From: Ramazzottius varieornatus
Taxonomy: Eukaryota > Animalia > Tardigrada
Reading direction: 5' to 3'
DNA length: 64,000 bases
Assembly: GCA_001949185.1 (NCBI GenBank)
Contig: BDGG01000001.1
Location: forward strand, 9,269,085 to 9,333,084
Shown here: in pieces, positions 63,795 to 64,000 of the stretch
Numbering within the stretch: position 1 is the first letter of the stretch
How the letters are laid out: the number at the start of each line of letters is the position of its first letter
The notes under the pieces: generated by a model
The model's input: the letters and a program-made list of their open reading frames with translations, nothing else
Databases searched by the model: none
Told to the model about the DNA's origin: nothing
Position numbers and translations under genes: made by a program

Positions 63795-64000
63795 TGCAGT
63801 TTCAGGTGCAACTTTAATTCCTGTTCCCTCTCTTTTGTTTACTGCCTAAGATTTGCAGCAGCTTCGGATTCTCCATATATACACCATACAACGACCAGCT
63901 CGATTTTCCTGCCCATTATGGTTGAGTTGCTTTGTAGCTTGCTGTAATATGCTGTACAAAAGAGGTAATCGCCTGCGGCGTGCTGTTACGCTCGAGAAGT

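Noticed and set aside
1-64000. Prokaryotic systems (CRISPR arrays, bacterial operons), tRNA or rRNA genes
   Set aside because: The sequence is intron-rich eukaryotic DNA; no repeat-spacer array and no tRNA or rRNA signature was seen.

Overview
Gene-dense eukaryotic DNA with short introns (mostly about 50-90 nt, GT-AG). The invertebrate-type troponin I points to a protostome, probably an ecdysozoan; the species cannot be fixed from sequence alone. Recognisable multi-exon genes, in order: SUZ12 (5' end outside the window), an unknown secreted acidic proprotein with furin-type sites, a decayed BK/Slo1-like channel, SET1/SETD1, an ATG18/WIPI PROPPIN, a secreted single-CUB protein, troponin I, TM9SF2, MYG1, an alpha-1,3-fucosyltransferase, FUNDC1/2, an SLC9A Na+/H+ exchanger, a PC1/3-like convertase, a SAXO-like repeat protein, a gamma-glutamyltransferase, COA6, and an apparently intact divergent BK/Slo1-like channel. 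Mobile DNA comprises two piggyBac-type (TTAA) MITEs, two copies of a PIF/Harbinger-derived element, a TA-flanked pogo element with both TIRs, a LINE 3' fragment followed by an unexplained RGG-rich ORF, a hAT-like end and small MITEs. The most notable signals are (1) a pair of BK paralogs that both lack the calcium bowl and the third S4 arginine, one intact and one pseudogenised; (2) a nested transposon block at 32.5-36.5 kb with three related pogo TIRs and cargo, ending about 45 bp before the FUNDC start; and (3) an orphan secreted proprotein. Exon boundaries were read by eye and no database searches were run.
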